Shown here piece after piece: positions 12,338-23,829 of a stretch of 64,000 bases of DNA. The DNA comes from Octopus sinensis. Lineage: Eukaryota. The notes beneath the pieces are model-generated. The model was not told where the DNA came from and did no database searches. It worked only from the letters and a program-made list of their open reading frames with translations. Each line of letters opens with the position of its first letter. Position 1 is the stretch's first letter. Made by a program: the position numbers and the translations under genes. The stretch spans positions 127,906,001 to 127,970,000 of the forward strand of contig NC_042997.1 of NCBI RefSeq assembly GCF_006345805.1. The letters run 5' to 3'.

Positions 12338-12615
12338 GCTAATCGGTGGCCTGTCACTTCGTAACACTTCTCTTTCCGGTGTCAGATGCTGAAGAGGAGA
12401 TAACCACCCCGAATTGCATGCGTCCATCAGTCTGTTCGGAGGGCGCTTGATACCTTTATACCTATTTGTCTGCAACGAGAATTTTTCTCCGTGATAAAAT
12501 ACAGTGAATGGCTTTCTTACCTGTTCGAATATGACCCAAGCATGTTTTGTATTGATACACATGACTGCTAAGTGCTTCTATCCTGTATTTTATTCACAGT
12601 GAGCCACCGATTAGC
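12338..12615. mobile_element. MITE-like element
   Basis: Perfect 13-bp inverted ends GCTAATCGGTGGC (12338-12350) and GCCACCGATTAGC (12603-12615); body motif recurs at about 12780-12860 and 53225-53290. Confidence 0.6.
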
Positions 12616-12921
12616 ATAACCACTAACAGTACAATGACGGAAATATATCAAGAGGTATCTATTTTTTGTCAGTTCGTAGCGGTCCCCCCACCCCCAGAGT
12701 TTGGTACTGAAGAAGAAATACCAGCTCCAAAATGCATGCATCCAAAAGCCTGGTTAGAAGTTCTTCCATTTAGTACGTTTACACAACGAGAAATTTTCTT
12801 TATGTCAAAATACAGTGAATGCTTTTCATTCGGGTTCGAATATCCCTCAAGCATATTTGAACTGGCAACAAGTTTGTATGTATACGCATCACTGCTTAGC
12901 GTTTCTATTCCGAATTTTACA

Positions 12922-13132
12922 TACTCTTTTACTTGTTTCAGTCATTTGACTGTGGCCATGCTGGAGCACCCCTTTAGTCGAGCAAATTGACCCCATGACT
13001 TATTCTTTGTAAGCCTGGTACTTATTCTATCAGCCAAGCCGCTAAGTTACGGGGATGTAAACATAGCACTATCGGTTGTCAAGCGATGTTGGGGGGACAA
13101 ACACAGACACATAAGTATATACAAACACATAC

Positions 13133-13164
<32 letters not shown>

Positions 13165-13333
13165 GCCACGGGCTTCTTTCAGTTTCCTTCTACCAAATCC
13201 ACTCACAAGGCTTTGTGAACCCGGAACCATGTGATTGGTAAGACACTTGCCCAAGGTACCACGCAGTGGGAATGAACCCGGAACCATGTGGTTGGTAAGC
13301 AAGCTACTTACCACAGAGCGACTCCTGCACCTA
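12922..13333 (-). mobile_element. Composite SINE family C
   Basis: Same head and 3' module as 7131-7490; small internal duplication in the head. Confidence 0.9.
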
Positions 13334-14004
13334 TGATATTATAGCAATTTCACATATAATTATATTACAGCCTACATATAAAATACTATTTAGCTATCTC
13401 TTATATATAATAATGATATCGTATTTGGAGATGTAAGCAGAAGAAACAGGACTTAACAGGTAGGTGGAGTACAAATTTATTACAGTACTTATTTACTGCA
13501 AAACTACATAAATGACTCAAGGCCTTAGACATTCGCTTAAATGCACTTATTAAAGTAGAATTAAAATTTCATACCTTTTAGATCTCGCAAAAAAAATGTA
13601 ATTATTCCGGAAAAGTCTTCATTGCTTATATCATGGAATAATTGAAAATCTTCAAAACCAGTTGAACGAACAAAAATGTTGTATAAATATTATATCTACA
13701 TACAGATATAAACATACCTACGCATATTCCCACACGTGCGCACACACGCGCATGTGTGCGTGTATGTGTCTGTTTGTGTGTGAGTGCGTGTGTGTGTGTG
13801 TGGGGGGGGGGTTATATAGCATTTTTCATCATCTAAATGTACTGAGTTTGAAAATTCAACCATGACAGGATATAAGAATGATTTTTTCTAAACTCTTTTC
13901 TAGAACATTTAGCTTACTTTCTTTTCTGCTATATATACTAATTGAATGACATTTTAATAGTAGTTAATAAGTTCATTTGTCTTTTTCTTGCCATCTAGTA
14001 CTAG

Positions 14005-14300
14005 ACGGATGCTGAGGTGGTTTGTCCACATGGAGAGGATGGATGAGGAGCGGATGGTAAAGAGGGTGATGAAGGCTGAAGTTGTCGGCAGCAGAACCAG
14101 AGGTAAACCTCGGTTTGTGTGGGTGGATGGATGGAGTGAGGAAACCTTTGGTAGTCAGAGGTGTTGGAGTGAGGGAGACAAGAGAGTTTGTAAATGATAG
14201 GAAAGCTTAGAGAGTGTTTGTGTACGGATGATGTATATGGAACCAACGTGATGCGGCGAGGGTAAACCAGCATATGCTGTCGGGCCCCGCTGCCGATATT
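14005..14300 (+). mobile_element. RTE-clade LINE 3' fragment
   Basis: LRWFVHMERMDEERMVKRVMKAEVVGSRTRGKPRFVWVD. Confidence 0.8.
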
Positions 14301-14482
14301 GGCAGTTGCGTTCTAGGCCTTGACCCGAGCATAGACCGGGGCTCGCTCCTTTGAGCTGGAAAATGAACGGAATGCCAAGTGTGTGTCTTACTGTGGTTAC
14401 CCCCTCCAAAAACATTGGGGAATAGGCCTGGGTATATATATATGTATGTATGTATGTATGCATGTATGTATGTATGTATGTA

Positions 14483-14845
14483 AGCGCAGGTTGGCTGTGT
14501 GGTAAGTAGCTTGCTTACCATCCACATGATTCCGGGTTCAGTCCTACTGTATGGCACCTTGGGTAAGTGTCTTCTACTATGGCCTCGGGCCGACTAAATC
14601 CTTGTGAGTAGATTTGGTAGACGGAAATTGAAAGAAGCCCGTCGTATATATGTATATATATATATATATATATGTCTGTGTGCGTGTTTGCTTGACAACC
14701 GATGCTGGTGTGTTTACGTCCCCATAACTTAGCGGTTCAGCCAAAAGAGACCGATAGTATAAGTACTAGGCTTACAAAGAATACGTCCTGGGGTCGATTT
14801 GCTCCAGCATGGCCGTAATCAAATGACTGAAACAAGTAAATGTAA
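14483..14845 (+). mobile_element. Composite SINE family C
   Basis: Head, internal (TA)n and 3' module present. Confidence 0.9.
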
Positions 14846-14886
14846 GAGAGAGAATGTGATGATGATGAAAATGGAGATGAAGGTAG

Positions 14887-14988
14887 TGGTGGTGGTGGTG
14901 GTGGTGGTGGTGGTGGTGGTGGTGGTGGTGGTGGTGGTGGTGGTGGTGGTGGTGGTGGTGGTGGTGGTGGTGGTGGTGGTGGTGGTGG
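14887..14988 (+). repeat. (GGT)n microsatellite, about 33 units
   Basis: Pure repeat; source of the poly-V and poly-H ORFs. Confidence 0.97.
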
Positions 14989-15755
14989 CGACGATGACGA
15001 CGTTGACGATAAGGATGATGATACATGTTCGACATAAGTTTAATATTGTTTCTGCAATGAAACAATTGTAACCAATATTAAACCTATGCTATATTGACAT
15101 CTTCATTTTCTTCGTCTATGAATTACTTGCTTACTCATTACATCAGCCATAAGTACCTGAAATTCCCTCGCCAAGCAGACTACTTAGATACCAAACTTAA
15201 CGTGTAAATAACCGGAATTTCGTATTTAGTGCCGCACTTAATTATTGTTAATAATTGCTGTTAACAAAAGTAATTAACAATTCTTATTTTCAATTGCATT
15301 GTCCAAAGACCATCTTAGTCATTTAATAACCTTAATATCGGTTATATTCACTTTAATATTATAACTATTAGAGCTGTCAAGTAGTTATGATATTAATTAT
15401 AACTATAACATCTCTAGTATTTGGAGTGCGAAGATGTTTTCGTGAGAATATTCACCTATATAACTTGTGATGAGTGTGTGTGTGTGTTTGTGTGTATGTA
15501 TATATGCATGTAGTATTGTGTGTGTGTGTGTGTGTGCGTGTGAGAGAGAGAGTGTGTGTAATCATATCTTCGATATACTTAACTGTAAATTTTAGAAAAA
15601 TTTAAATCTCTATGTAGACTTGATAATACATAAGATGATTTAGAATTTTAGCAAATAAATATATAATAACAGGTTTCGTTCTATATATATACATATATAT
15701 CTTTATGTATATATATATGCATGTATATATATACATATATATCTATATCTATCTA

Positions 15756-15816
<61 letters not shown>

Positions 15817-15870
15817 GATTGATTGATTCTAGTTTCAGCTCATGAGCTGTGGCCATGCTGGGGCACCGCC

Positions 15871-15969
<99 letters not shown>

Positions 15970-16225
15970 CATTCACATACATACACGCATGTACGCATAT
16001 TCAAAAATGGAATTTGGCTCAAACAGCAAAAATATGAAAGATAGCAAGAAGAAATTAATTCTGGCGTAAAGAATCGGTGAAAGGAAGGGAGTAAAATTGA
16101 ATGACGTCATTACATGTTAGGTGGAAACAATGTTAATACGCACACACCGCAAACGCGTATATTCAAATATACATGCATACGTGAATATAATAAATTAAAT
16201 ATGCAAAAATCGATTGCCAATTAAA

Positions 16226-16262
<37 letters not shown>

Positions 16263-16495
16263 TGCAGTAATAGATAGATATAGATCTTTTTCTTGTCTAT
16301 CCAAATACTTTCAAAAAATTGTATTTTCATTGGCTTTTTCGTAATGATTTACCTTTTTATTTATTAGAAATATCCTATTTTCAGCGACGCCAGGTTAATA
16401 TGTTAAGTGTTTTTAATGACTGTATTGATTGCAATGAACCCGACACCAAGTGGTTGCGAGCGACGTTCTTAACCCCGTAACTACGTCTGCGTTTC

Positions 16496-17026
16496 ACCCA
16501 TCTAACATTTTTGAAACGCGTAGCAAGAGTCTGTTCTCCCCGGGGCAACCCTTGTTTGTGCCTTTGCAGTCCGCGGACAAACAGCCAATAGAGGCTTCTA
16601 CGGCAGACCCCAAAGTACCGTCCCAATAGAAAGCGTCAACTAGGGTGGACGGCTCCTCTCGCTACCCATCTGACATTTTTGCAATAGTGTAGATAGAGAA
16701 TGTGCCACCCGGTATAGCCCATATTTGTACCTTTGCCCTTCCCGGGCACACAGCCTACAAAGGCTTCTACAGTAGAGCCCTAAAAATCCGTTCCCATAGA
16801 AAGCATCACCAAGGGTGGAAAGCTCCCCTCACTACCCATCTAACATCTTTGCAGTAGCGGAGCTGGAGAGTGTGCCGCCCAGGGCAGCCTATATTTTGTG
16901 CTTTTGTCGTCCCTGGGAGAATAGCTTATAGAGGCTTCTACAGCAGACCCAAAAGTGACGCCCCGTTAGAAAGCGTCACCCAAGGCGGTTCGGACCGCTT
17001 CCCTCACTACCCGAGTTACGCTACTG
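16496..17026. repeat. Three diverged tandem units of 168-175 bp; the last is bounded by short TIRs (MITE-derived array)
   Basis: ACCC(ATC) anchors at 16496, 16664, 16834, 17009; shared GGCTTCTAC and TAGAAAGCRTCA; GCAGTAGCG (16851-16859) and CGCTACTGC (17019-17027) are inverted. Confidence 0.8.
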
Positions 17027-17154
17027 CTTCTTTGCATTAAAAGTGTTGTTCTTTTTAATTCAGGGAAATTATTGTATTACTGGATGAATATTCTAAAGAT
17101 ATATATATTGCTCATGCAATCCTCAAACATACTCAGCGCGACTATGTAAATGAT

Positions 17155-17388
17155 AAGGCGGCGAGCTGGCAGAATCGTTAGCACGCCGGGTGAAATGCTT
17201 AGCGGTATTTCGTCTGCCGCTACGTTCTGAGTTTAAATTCCGCCGAGGTCGACTTTGCCTTTCATCCTTTCGGGGTCGATTAAATAAGTACCAGTTACGC
17301 ACTGGGGTCGATATAATCGACTTAATCCGTTTGTCTGTCTTTGTTTGTCCCCTCTGTGTTTAACCCCTTGTGGGTAGTAAAGAAATAG
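17155..17388 (+). mobile_element. SINE family M, tail A; an internally deleted copy follows at about 17489-17572
   Basis: Full head, core and tail. Confidence 0.93.
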
Positions 17389-17770
17389 ATCGCTAATATT
17401 TAGCGAGCTACTTTGGCGACAGTCGTAGAGTTGTAGGATATTCGTGATACCGAGTTCCACTGGGTTACAAGTAGCTCGCGGAATTATATAAGGTGGCGAG
17501 CTGGCAGAGTTTGTCTGTCCATGTTTGTCCTCTCTCTGTTTAGCACTTTGTGGGTAGTAAAGAAATAGGTAAGTGATTAGGCCAGACCTTTGAACTACGG
17601 ATACAATCCACCCCACAGACTTGTGCATGTCTTCTGTCAACCCATTTTTACATAAAAGGATTGGGTGAATAGACAACTAGAGTAAAAGTTATTTACTTGC
17701 GACACAGATTCCACACAGGAGAATCGAACCTGGGGCTTTGTGATTGCGAAGTCTGAACAATTCGTGTATC

Positions 17771-17810
<40 letters not shown>

Positions 17811-18021
17811 GTGTGTTCACATTAAGTTTCCTCGAAATTCCACATTGTGAGATACGGTGTGACCTGAGGTTATGGACTTACAGTAGAAAACAATTACCTT
17901 TTACACTATGCTATGGGAACAAACCTGAAGTCGTATGATTGCAATCCCTGTAGCAATATATATTTAATATGTGTGTGTGTATTCATGTATGTGCATGTGC
18001 ACACACGCATACACACACACA

Positions 18022-18070
<49 letters not shown>

Positions 18071-18458
18071 ACACACATAACGCATATACACAAATATACA
18101 CACGCGTATATAAGGGGCAGACATCGATGTAAAGTTAAGAAGTTCGCTTTGCAGCCTTGCCATTTGAGGTTCAATTCCACTACGATTCACTTTGTACAAG
18201 CGTCTCCTACTAATAGACCCAGGTAAACTAATGCCTCATGAATTAATTGCTTCAGCAATTTGACTGAGACCGTGTTGGAGCACCGCCTCGAAGGGTTTTA
18301 GTCGAACAACTCAACCCTGAACTTTTTTTACCTAGTGCTTATTCTATCAGGCACATTTGCCGAAAAACTAAAAGTATGACATAAACACACCAGCAACGGT
18401 TACAAGCCGGTGAGGGTAGACACAAACACACACATATACGTATATATATATATATATA

Positions 18459-18645
18459 TGTGGCGATTTTTTTCCTCTGTCTTCCCTTCTCTGGATCTTT
18501 CCTTGTTCTATGTTTCCGTCGAAGAGCTCCGCTCGAAACGTTAAACCCTCCTTCTTCCCTTCTTTCCTGAGCGTCCAATAATACTATATTTGTTCCACGT
18601 CCTCGCGTTGTTGTGTTTTTTTTGTGTTTTCTTGTTTGGATTAAC
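18459..18645 (+). mobile_element. Penelope-like element pseudo-LTR remnant flanked by (TA)n
   Basis: Pyrimidine-rich segment carrying a minimal hammerhead motif, the established hallmark of PLE pLTRs; no RT or GIY-YIG ORF present. Confidence 0.65.
18512..18546 (+). ncRNA. Minimal type I hammerhead ribozyme motif, degenerate core
   Basis: Stem I GTTT/AAAC; core CCGTCGA(A) versus CUGANGA; stem II GAGC-tcc-GCTC; GAAAC-GTT with palindrome AACGTT. Confidence 0.7.
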
Positions 18646-19015
18646 TTTATATATATATATTATATATATATATATATTTATATATATAATTAATGTAGAC
18701 AGCAGTTTGCAATGTTTCACCAGAAAGGAAAACTATAATCGTCGCCTACATTGCAAGGAATAAGATCTCTTATTTCTAGCAATGTAAGTGTTTCTAACAC
18801 ACTAGTCAGATTTAGTCACGATTACAGTTTGTGTGTATAGATATATATTTTCTGTCTACCAAATCCATTCACAAAGCCTTGGTCGGCTATAGTAGAAAAC
18901 ACTTGTCCAAGTTGCCATGCAGTGGGATTGAACCTGGAACCATGTGATTGGGAAGCAAGCTTCTTGCCATACAGCCACGCCTGCACAGTAGATATTTATA
19001 TACATTCATAGGCGT

Positions 19016-19046
<31 letters not shown>

Positions 19047-19379
19047 CACACACAAACACACACGAACTCTCTCACACACGCACACACACACAGACATACA
19101 CACACAAACATACATACAAACACACATTCCCAGGTGATTTTCTTTTCATCCCCCTTCGAAACGCAAAAATAATTTCTTCGGTTGAATACTATTTGTTTCT
19201 TTCTCTACATTTTTTCTCCTTTCATCTCTCACTTCTCTACCAACACCATCTCACACCTATACCTTTCCACACACACCTTCTAACCCCCCACACACACATT
19301 CCTCTTAACTTTTCTTTCGTCTCAGAATCGCGTCCGCTGCACCTCATCACCTCAACTATTTCTTCACACACAATACCAT

Positions 19380-19760
19380 TACACCTACACGCCAACCATT
19401 ATTCCAAATCACTACACTATGACACTTGCACACCACCTCTACAAACATGCACGCACCTCCGCGATGCCAATTTCAATACCCCAATAGACAGTTACTCGCA
19501 CCAACCACACCCTCCTCCTTTCCTAACTCCCCCAATGAACCACATTCCCATTTGGTCTGTTACCCACATCTTTTCCTTCCTTCAACCACTTATTCTTATT
19601 TACTCTTCTACATTTTCCCATTCTGTCGGTCTTCTGGTGAAGGACTAATGCTGGAAACGTCGAGACTCTTTCCCTTCCTTTTAGACGTCAAATTAATACA
19701 TATGTTAAAACGTGAGCCTTCTGTGTTGTCTTCTTTTTGTGTTTGTTGTCTTGATTATAT
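19380..19760 (+). mobile_element. Second Penelope-like 3' end or pLTR remnant
   Basis: HLRDANFNTPI..H resembles the GIY-YIG C-terminal HLRD...PV..H stretch; followed by a hammerhead-like motif at 19629-19666; boundaries approximate. Confidence 0.5.
19629..19666 (+). ncRNA. Minimal hammerhead ribozyme motif, decayed
   Basis: Stem I GTCTT/GAGAC; core CTGGTGA(A); GAAAC-GTC cleavage triplet; stem II no longer pairs. Confidence 0.55.
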
Positions 19761-20717
19761 ACATCTATGAATGTGTGTGTGTGTGTGTGTGGAGAGAGAG
19801 AGAGAACACACGCCCATATATCTATATATATATATATATATATATATAGACGCACACATATATATATATACATATTTGGGGTGATGTGGGGGAGGGAAGG
19901 GTCTGTTTTACACCTCGGGTGGTTGAACTATTCACAGCAGAGGGTATGTATACCCCTATCTTTTCCAGACCATTATAATACTTAATTACATAACTAATTG
20001 TGTCAATTATTATGGATACGAAAGTAAATTTAAAACTTGGGCAGAGAAGTCATACATTTTGAAGCAGTTAACCATAATTGTTCTCTTTCTCAGTAATTTT
20101 CAATGAAATATTCACGTCCGTGGGCAGGTAACCTTCATAACACTAAACAATTATTGTTTTCTGTTCCCAATAACTAAGTCAAGTCTGTTGTGATTGTATT
20201 TGCTAAAAGTATTGATTCCACTTATATTCCTTGTTTTAGAATATATGAATATATCAATGTACTCGACATTAGAAATATTTCCTATATTTATCCCAGGGCA
20301 ATATTTTTTTATACAGATAGCATTGTGTATTGTTTTAGCAACAATGCCGTGTTGCATAAGAATATATGTCACTTGTACGCATAAATGTATTGGCGTATGT
20401 GTGTATATATTACCGCTGCTGTTACTGTCTTTGTCGTTGTTGTCTACCCCTAGGCCAAGACTGATCAAGCAGACACAGGATCAAAGTCATTCCAACTGTC
20501 AATATCTCGTTTTAGAGGAGGTTGATAGGGGAGTGCTGACGTAGTATATCTAGGAGCATATTATCCAAAGTGGCCTTTTTTTTTGTTTTAGATGGTAAGA
20601 TATGATGTAACAGAGGTTTGACAGCTATTTCTTGAAGGGCAGGCAACCACGTAGCCACGTGTATGAATGTAAGTATGTGTACATATATCTGTATATTAAC
20701 GTGTAAATTTAAGTGTG

Positions 20718-21125
20718 ACTCTTTTATCTTTTGTCTTTTACTTGTTTCAGTCATTAGGCTACGGACATGCTGGAGCACCGCCTTGAAAAATTTTAGTCGA
20801 ACGAATCGACCCCCATTACATTTTTTTACGCCTGCTACTTATTCTATCTGGATTCTTTGCCGAACTGCTATGTTACCGGAACGTAAACAGACCAATACCG
20901 GTTGTCAAGCGATGGTGGAGGAAAAACATAAACACAAATAGACACACACACACACACACATTCAAAAGGCTTCTTTCAGTTTCCATCAGCCAAATTCACT
21001 CACAAGGCTTTGGTCAGCCCAAAGCTATAGCAGAAGACATTTGCCCAAGGTGCCACGCAATAAGAACGAATGTAGAACCATATAGTTGGACAGCAAACTT
21101 ACAACACATCCACGCATGCGCCTAT
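20718..21125 (-). mobile_element. Composite SINE family C
   Basis: Head and 3' module with short internal (CA)n. Confidence 0.85.
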
Positions 21126-21335
21126 TTACTCTTTTACTTGTTTTAGTCATTTGACTGTGGCTATGCTGGAGCACCGCCTTTAGCCGAGCAAATCGACCCC
21201 AGGACTTATTCTTTGTAAGCCTAGTACTTATTCTATCGGTCTCTCTTGCCGAACCGGTAGGTATCGGGGACGTAAACACACCAGCATCGGTTGTCAATCG
21301 ATTTTGGGGCGGACAAACACAGACACATAAACATA

Positions 21336-21431
<96 letters not shown>

Positions 21432-21434
21432 ATA

Positions 21435-21466
<32 letters not shown>

Positions 21467-21477
21467 TTACATATATA

Positions 21478-21858
21478 TATATAAGAAATTAAAAAAGGAA
21501 AATACGCACACTTACATGGTTTTAATATAATTTTTAATATATCGACCGGTTTCGCTATCGCTATTCATGATATGATGTTTAATTTATATGAATATATATT
21601 TTTTCTTAAGAAGAAATTGATCCATGTTGTCTTTCTGAAGAAGAAATTTGGTCCATGTTGTTTGTGATGAAATTCACGGGTCATTCACTCGTGAATTTCA
21701 TCACAAACAACATGGACCAAATTTCTTCTTAAGAAAAAATATATATTCATATAATTAAACATTATATCATGAATAGCGATAGCGAAACCGGTCGATATGT
21801 TAAAAATTATATTAAAACCATGTAAGTGTGCGTATTTTCCTTTTTTAATTTCTTATAT
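21478..21858. repeat. Long near-perfect inverted repeat (fold-back), probably an inverted Penelope-like pLTR pair
   Basis: Left arm 21478-21678, 11-nt spacer, right arm 21690-21858; each arm carries a hammerhead-like motif. Confidence 0.9.
21763..21799 (+). ncRNA. Minimal hammerhead-like motif; mirror copy on the minus strand at about 21538-21574
   Basis: Stem I TATATC/GATATG; core ATGAATA versus CUGANGA; stem II GC-gata-GC; GAAAC-CG-GTC with palindrome ACCGGT. Confidence 0.6.
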
Positions 21859-21908
21859 ACATTACCACCCACCACGTGGGGACAACGGAAATTCCTCTTT
21901 TCTGTTAC

Positions 21909-21948
<40 letters not shown>

Positions 21949-23205
21949 TTATATATATATATACGACGGGCTTCTTTCAGTTTCCGTCCGCCAAATCCCC
22001 TCACAAGGCTTTGCTCGGCCCGAGGTTATAGTAGAAGACACTTACCCAAGGTGCCACGCAGTGGGACTGAACCCGGAACCATGTGGTTGGTAAGCACGCA
22101 CTCCTGCGCCTATATTGGACTTTATGGTATACATTTTACATAGTTTAACCATTCTATTTACTCCTCGTACTTGTAGTTTACAAACCAGTCGTGTCTTTAA
22201 ATTTCGCAAAGTATATCTTTTAAATAATGGTACAGATAGTCTTGTATATATTCGCACACTACAGACATCTTGTGATCTGTGATGACTTCTAATTCTCCTA
22301 CCTTTCTCTAGCTTTAACCAACTCACATAACCTCGTTTTACGACTCACAGGATCATTTCTCTTGGATTTTGCGTTTGTTTTATTTTTTTTCTTTATTTTG
22401 CGTTTTTTTTCTTACCAATTCCAACCTATCATTCAGCAAAACTAAACATTACAAAAGTTGAGCTGATATTGCTTTAACTCTTAATTGGTGTTGCTATATT
22501 GGTCCTGTGTGATTTTTACTAGAATAATATCCAAATTGATTGCCTAGAAAAATGTCTTCGAGAAAGAAAGAAATGTAAAAAGTGAAAGGATACAAGAGAA
22601 GAAAAAAAAATGCAAATTGTTGATAAGTGTGGACACAGGTGATAAAGGAGAAAACTGAATTACACCTGATATAGTTTGATATTGTTCAGATATTGAATAA
22701 ATCAATCAGTGATCATGTTTATATTCTGCAGGCCAGATAAGAAATCTTACTCTTCTCATGCAGACATAGATTTGACAAAACTTTTAAAGAAATAACTCTA
22801 CTATTGTGTATTATATTGGATAGTTATTGATTGCCTTTAAGTAAAGTTATTCGAGAGATGGAGTAAGACTGCTGCTGCTGCATTCAGACGCTGAACATGG
22901 GAAATTATTCTATTTCGATGGAGGAAGTTTGATAAGATATTATATAACATTATATTAGATAGTTTATTAGATGGTTTGCTATATATTAACGTCCACCATT
23001 ATATTCTACTATAAAGACAGACCGCAATGTCTGGAGTTCAAAGACTATGATTATGAGTTCACATCCTGCGTAAGTAATAGTACGAGACGTTGTCTCGAAA
23101 ATAATGCAAAAGTTGGCATAATTTTCTTTTTTATTAACGAGCAGATGTCATTCAAATTACACACGTTGGGTGAGTATCTCATCCTCTTGTTCTTTTTCAT
23201 TACAG

Positions 23206-23291
23206 GCAAATAGTTGGTTCCTAACAGAAGCAGCATGTCGTCATTAAATTCTTGGCGTAAGAGAGGGGCAGGGCATCTTCCGTCCACAGAA
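23206..23291 (+). CDS. Candidate first coding exon of an unidentified gene (MSSLNSWRKRGAGHLPSTE, ATG at 23235)
   Basis: Strong acceptor CTCTTGTTCTTTTTCATTACAG|, in-frame ATG, phase-0 donor |GTATGT; unique sequence; protein not recognised. Confidence 0.3.
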
Positions 23292-23298
23292 GTATGTA

Positions 23299-23812
23299 TT
23301 GGGTTGTCCGAAAAGTTCATGCCGATTTTTAAAGGAAAGAAAAAGGTCAATAAATACTTGCCATTACATTTTTAATCAACCAAATATGAACCATTTTGTT
23401 GCACAATGGTTTCATGGCAAAGAATTAATCAAGGTATCTTTTTACATCATCCAAGGAATTGAAATTTTTACCATTAAGACTATTCTGCAGAGACCTGAAT
23501 AAGTGGAAATCCGAAGGAGCAATATCTGGTGAATATGGAGGGTGAGGTAACACATCCCAGCCGAGCTGCAGCAAGTTTTGTCTACTTCCCAAAGCATCAA
23601 GTGCCGAAAATGAACTTTCTTATCTTCCATTTTAAAGGGTTACGGAATTAACACAGATTATAGGAACATAAATCTTCTTCCACGAAAAGATAGCTTAAAC
23701 TGTGCTCTAACTGGAGGTGTAGCCAAATCCTATTTTATGGACTCAACCATGTTCTAAAATAAGTCGAAAGGTAAGCTACTATAAATCGGCACGAACTTTC
23801 CGGACAACCCAA
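23299..23812 (-). mobile_element. Non-autonomous mariner deletion derivative
   Basis: TIRs TTGGGTTGTCCG(A/G)AAAGTTC...; TA duplication on both sides; MEDKKVHFRH N-terminus fused to transposase C-terminus. Confidence 0.93.
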
Positions 23813-23829
23813 TAGATTATTCATAGAGA

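Larger units (their letters stand above)
18250..18987 (-). mobile_element. Composite SINE family C, split by insertions in its internal microsatellite
   Basis: 3' module at 18250-18440, head at about 18846-18987. Confidence 0.7.
21126..22113 (-). mobile_element. Composite SINE family C with a palindromic insertion in its internal (TA)n
   Basis: 3' module 21126-21345, head 21964-22113. Confidence 0.85.

Noticed and set aside
16496-17026. C2H2 zinc-finger array (168 = 2 x 84 bp)
   Set aside because: Periods are 168, 170 and 175; no CxxC...HxxxH or TGEKP pattern in the frames I translated
20190-20544. Membrane or GPCR-like peptides (SIVYCFSNN; hydrophobic ORF) and a 34-nt exon candidate at 20094-20127
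   Set aside because: AT-rich sequence yields hydrophobic ORFs by chance; I could not build a consistent multi-exon frame
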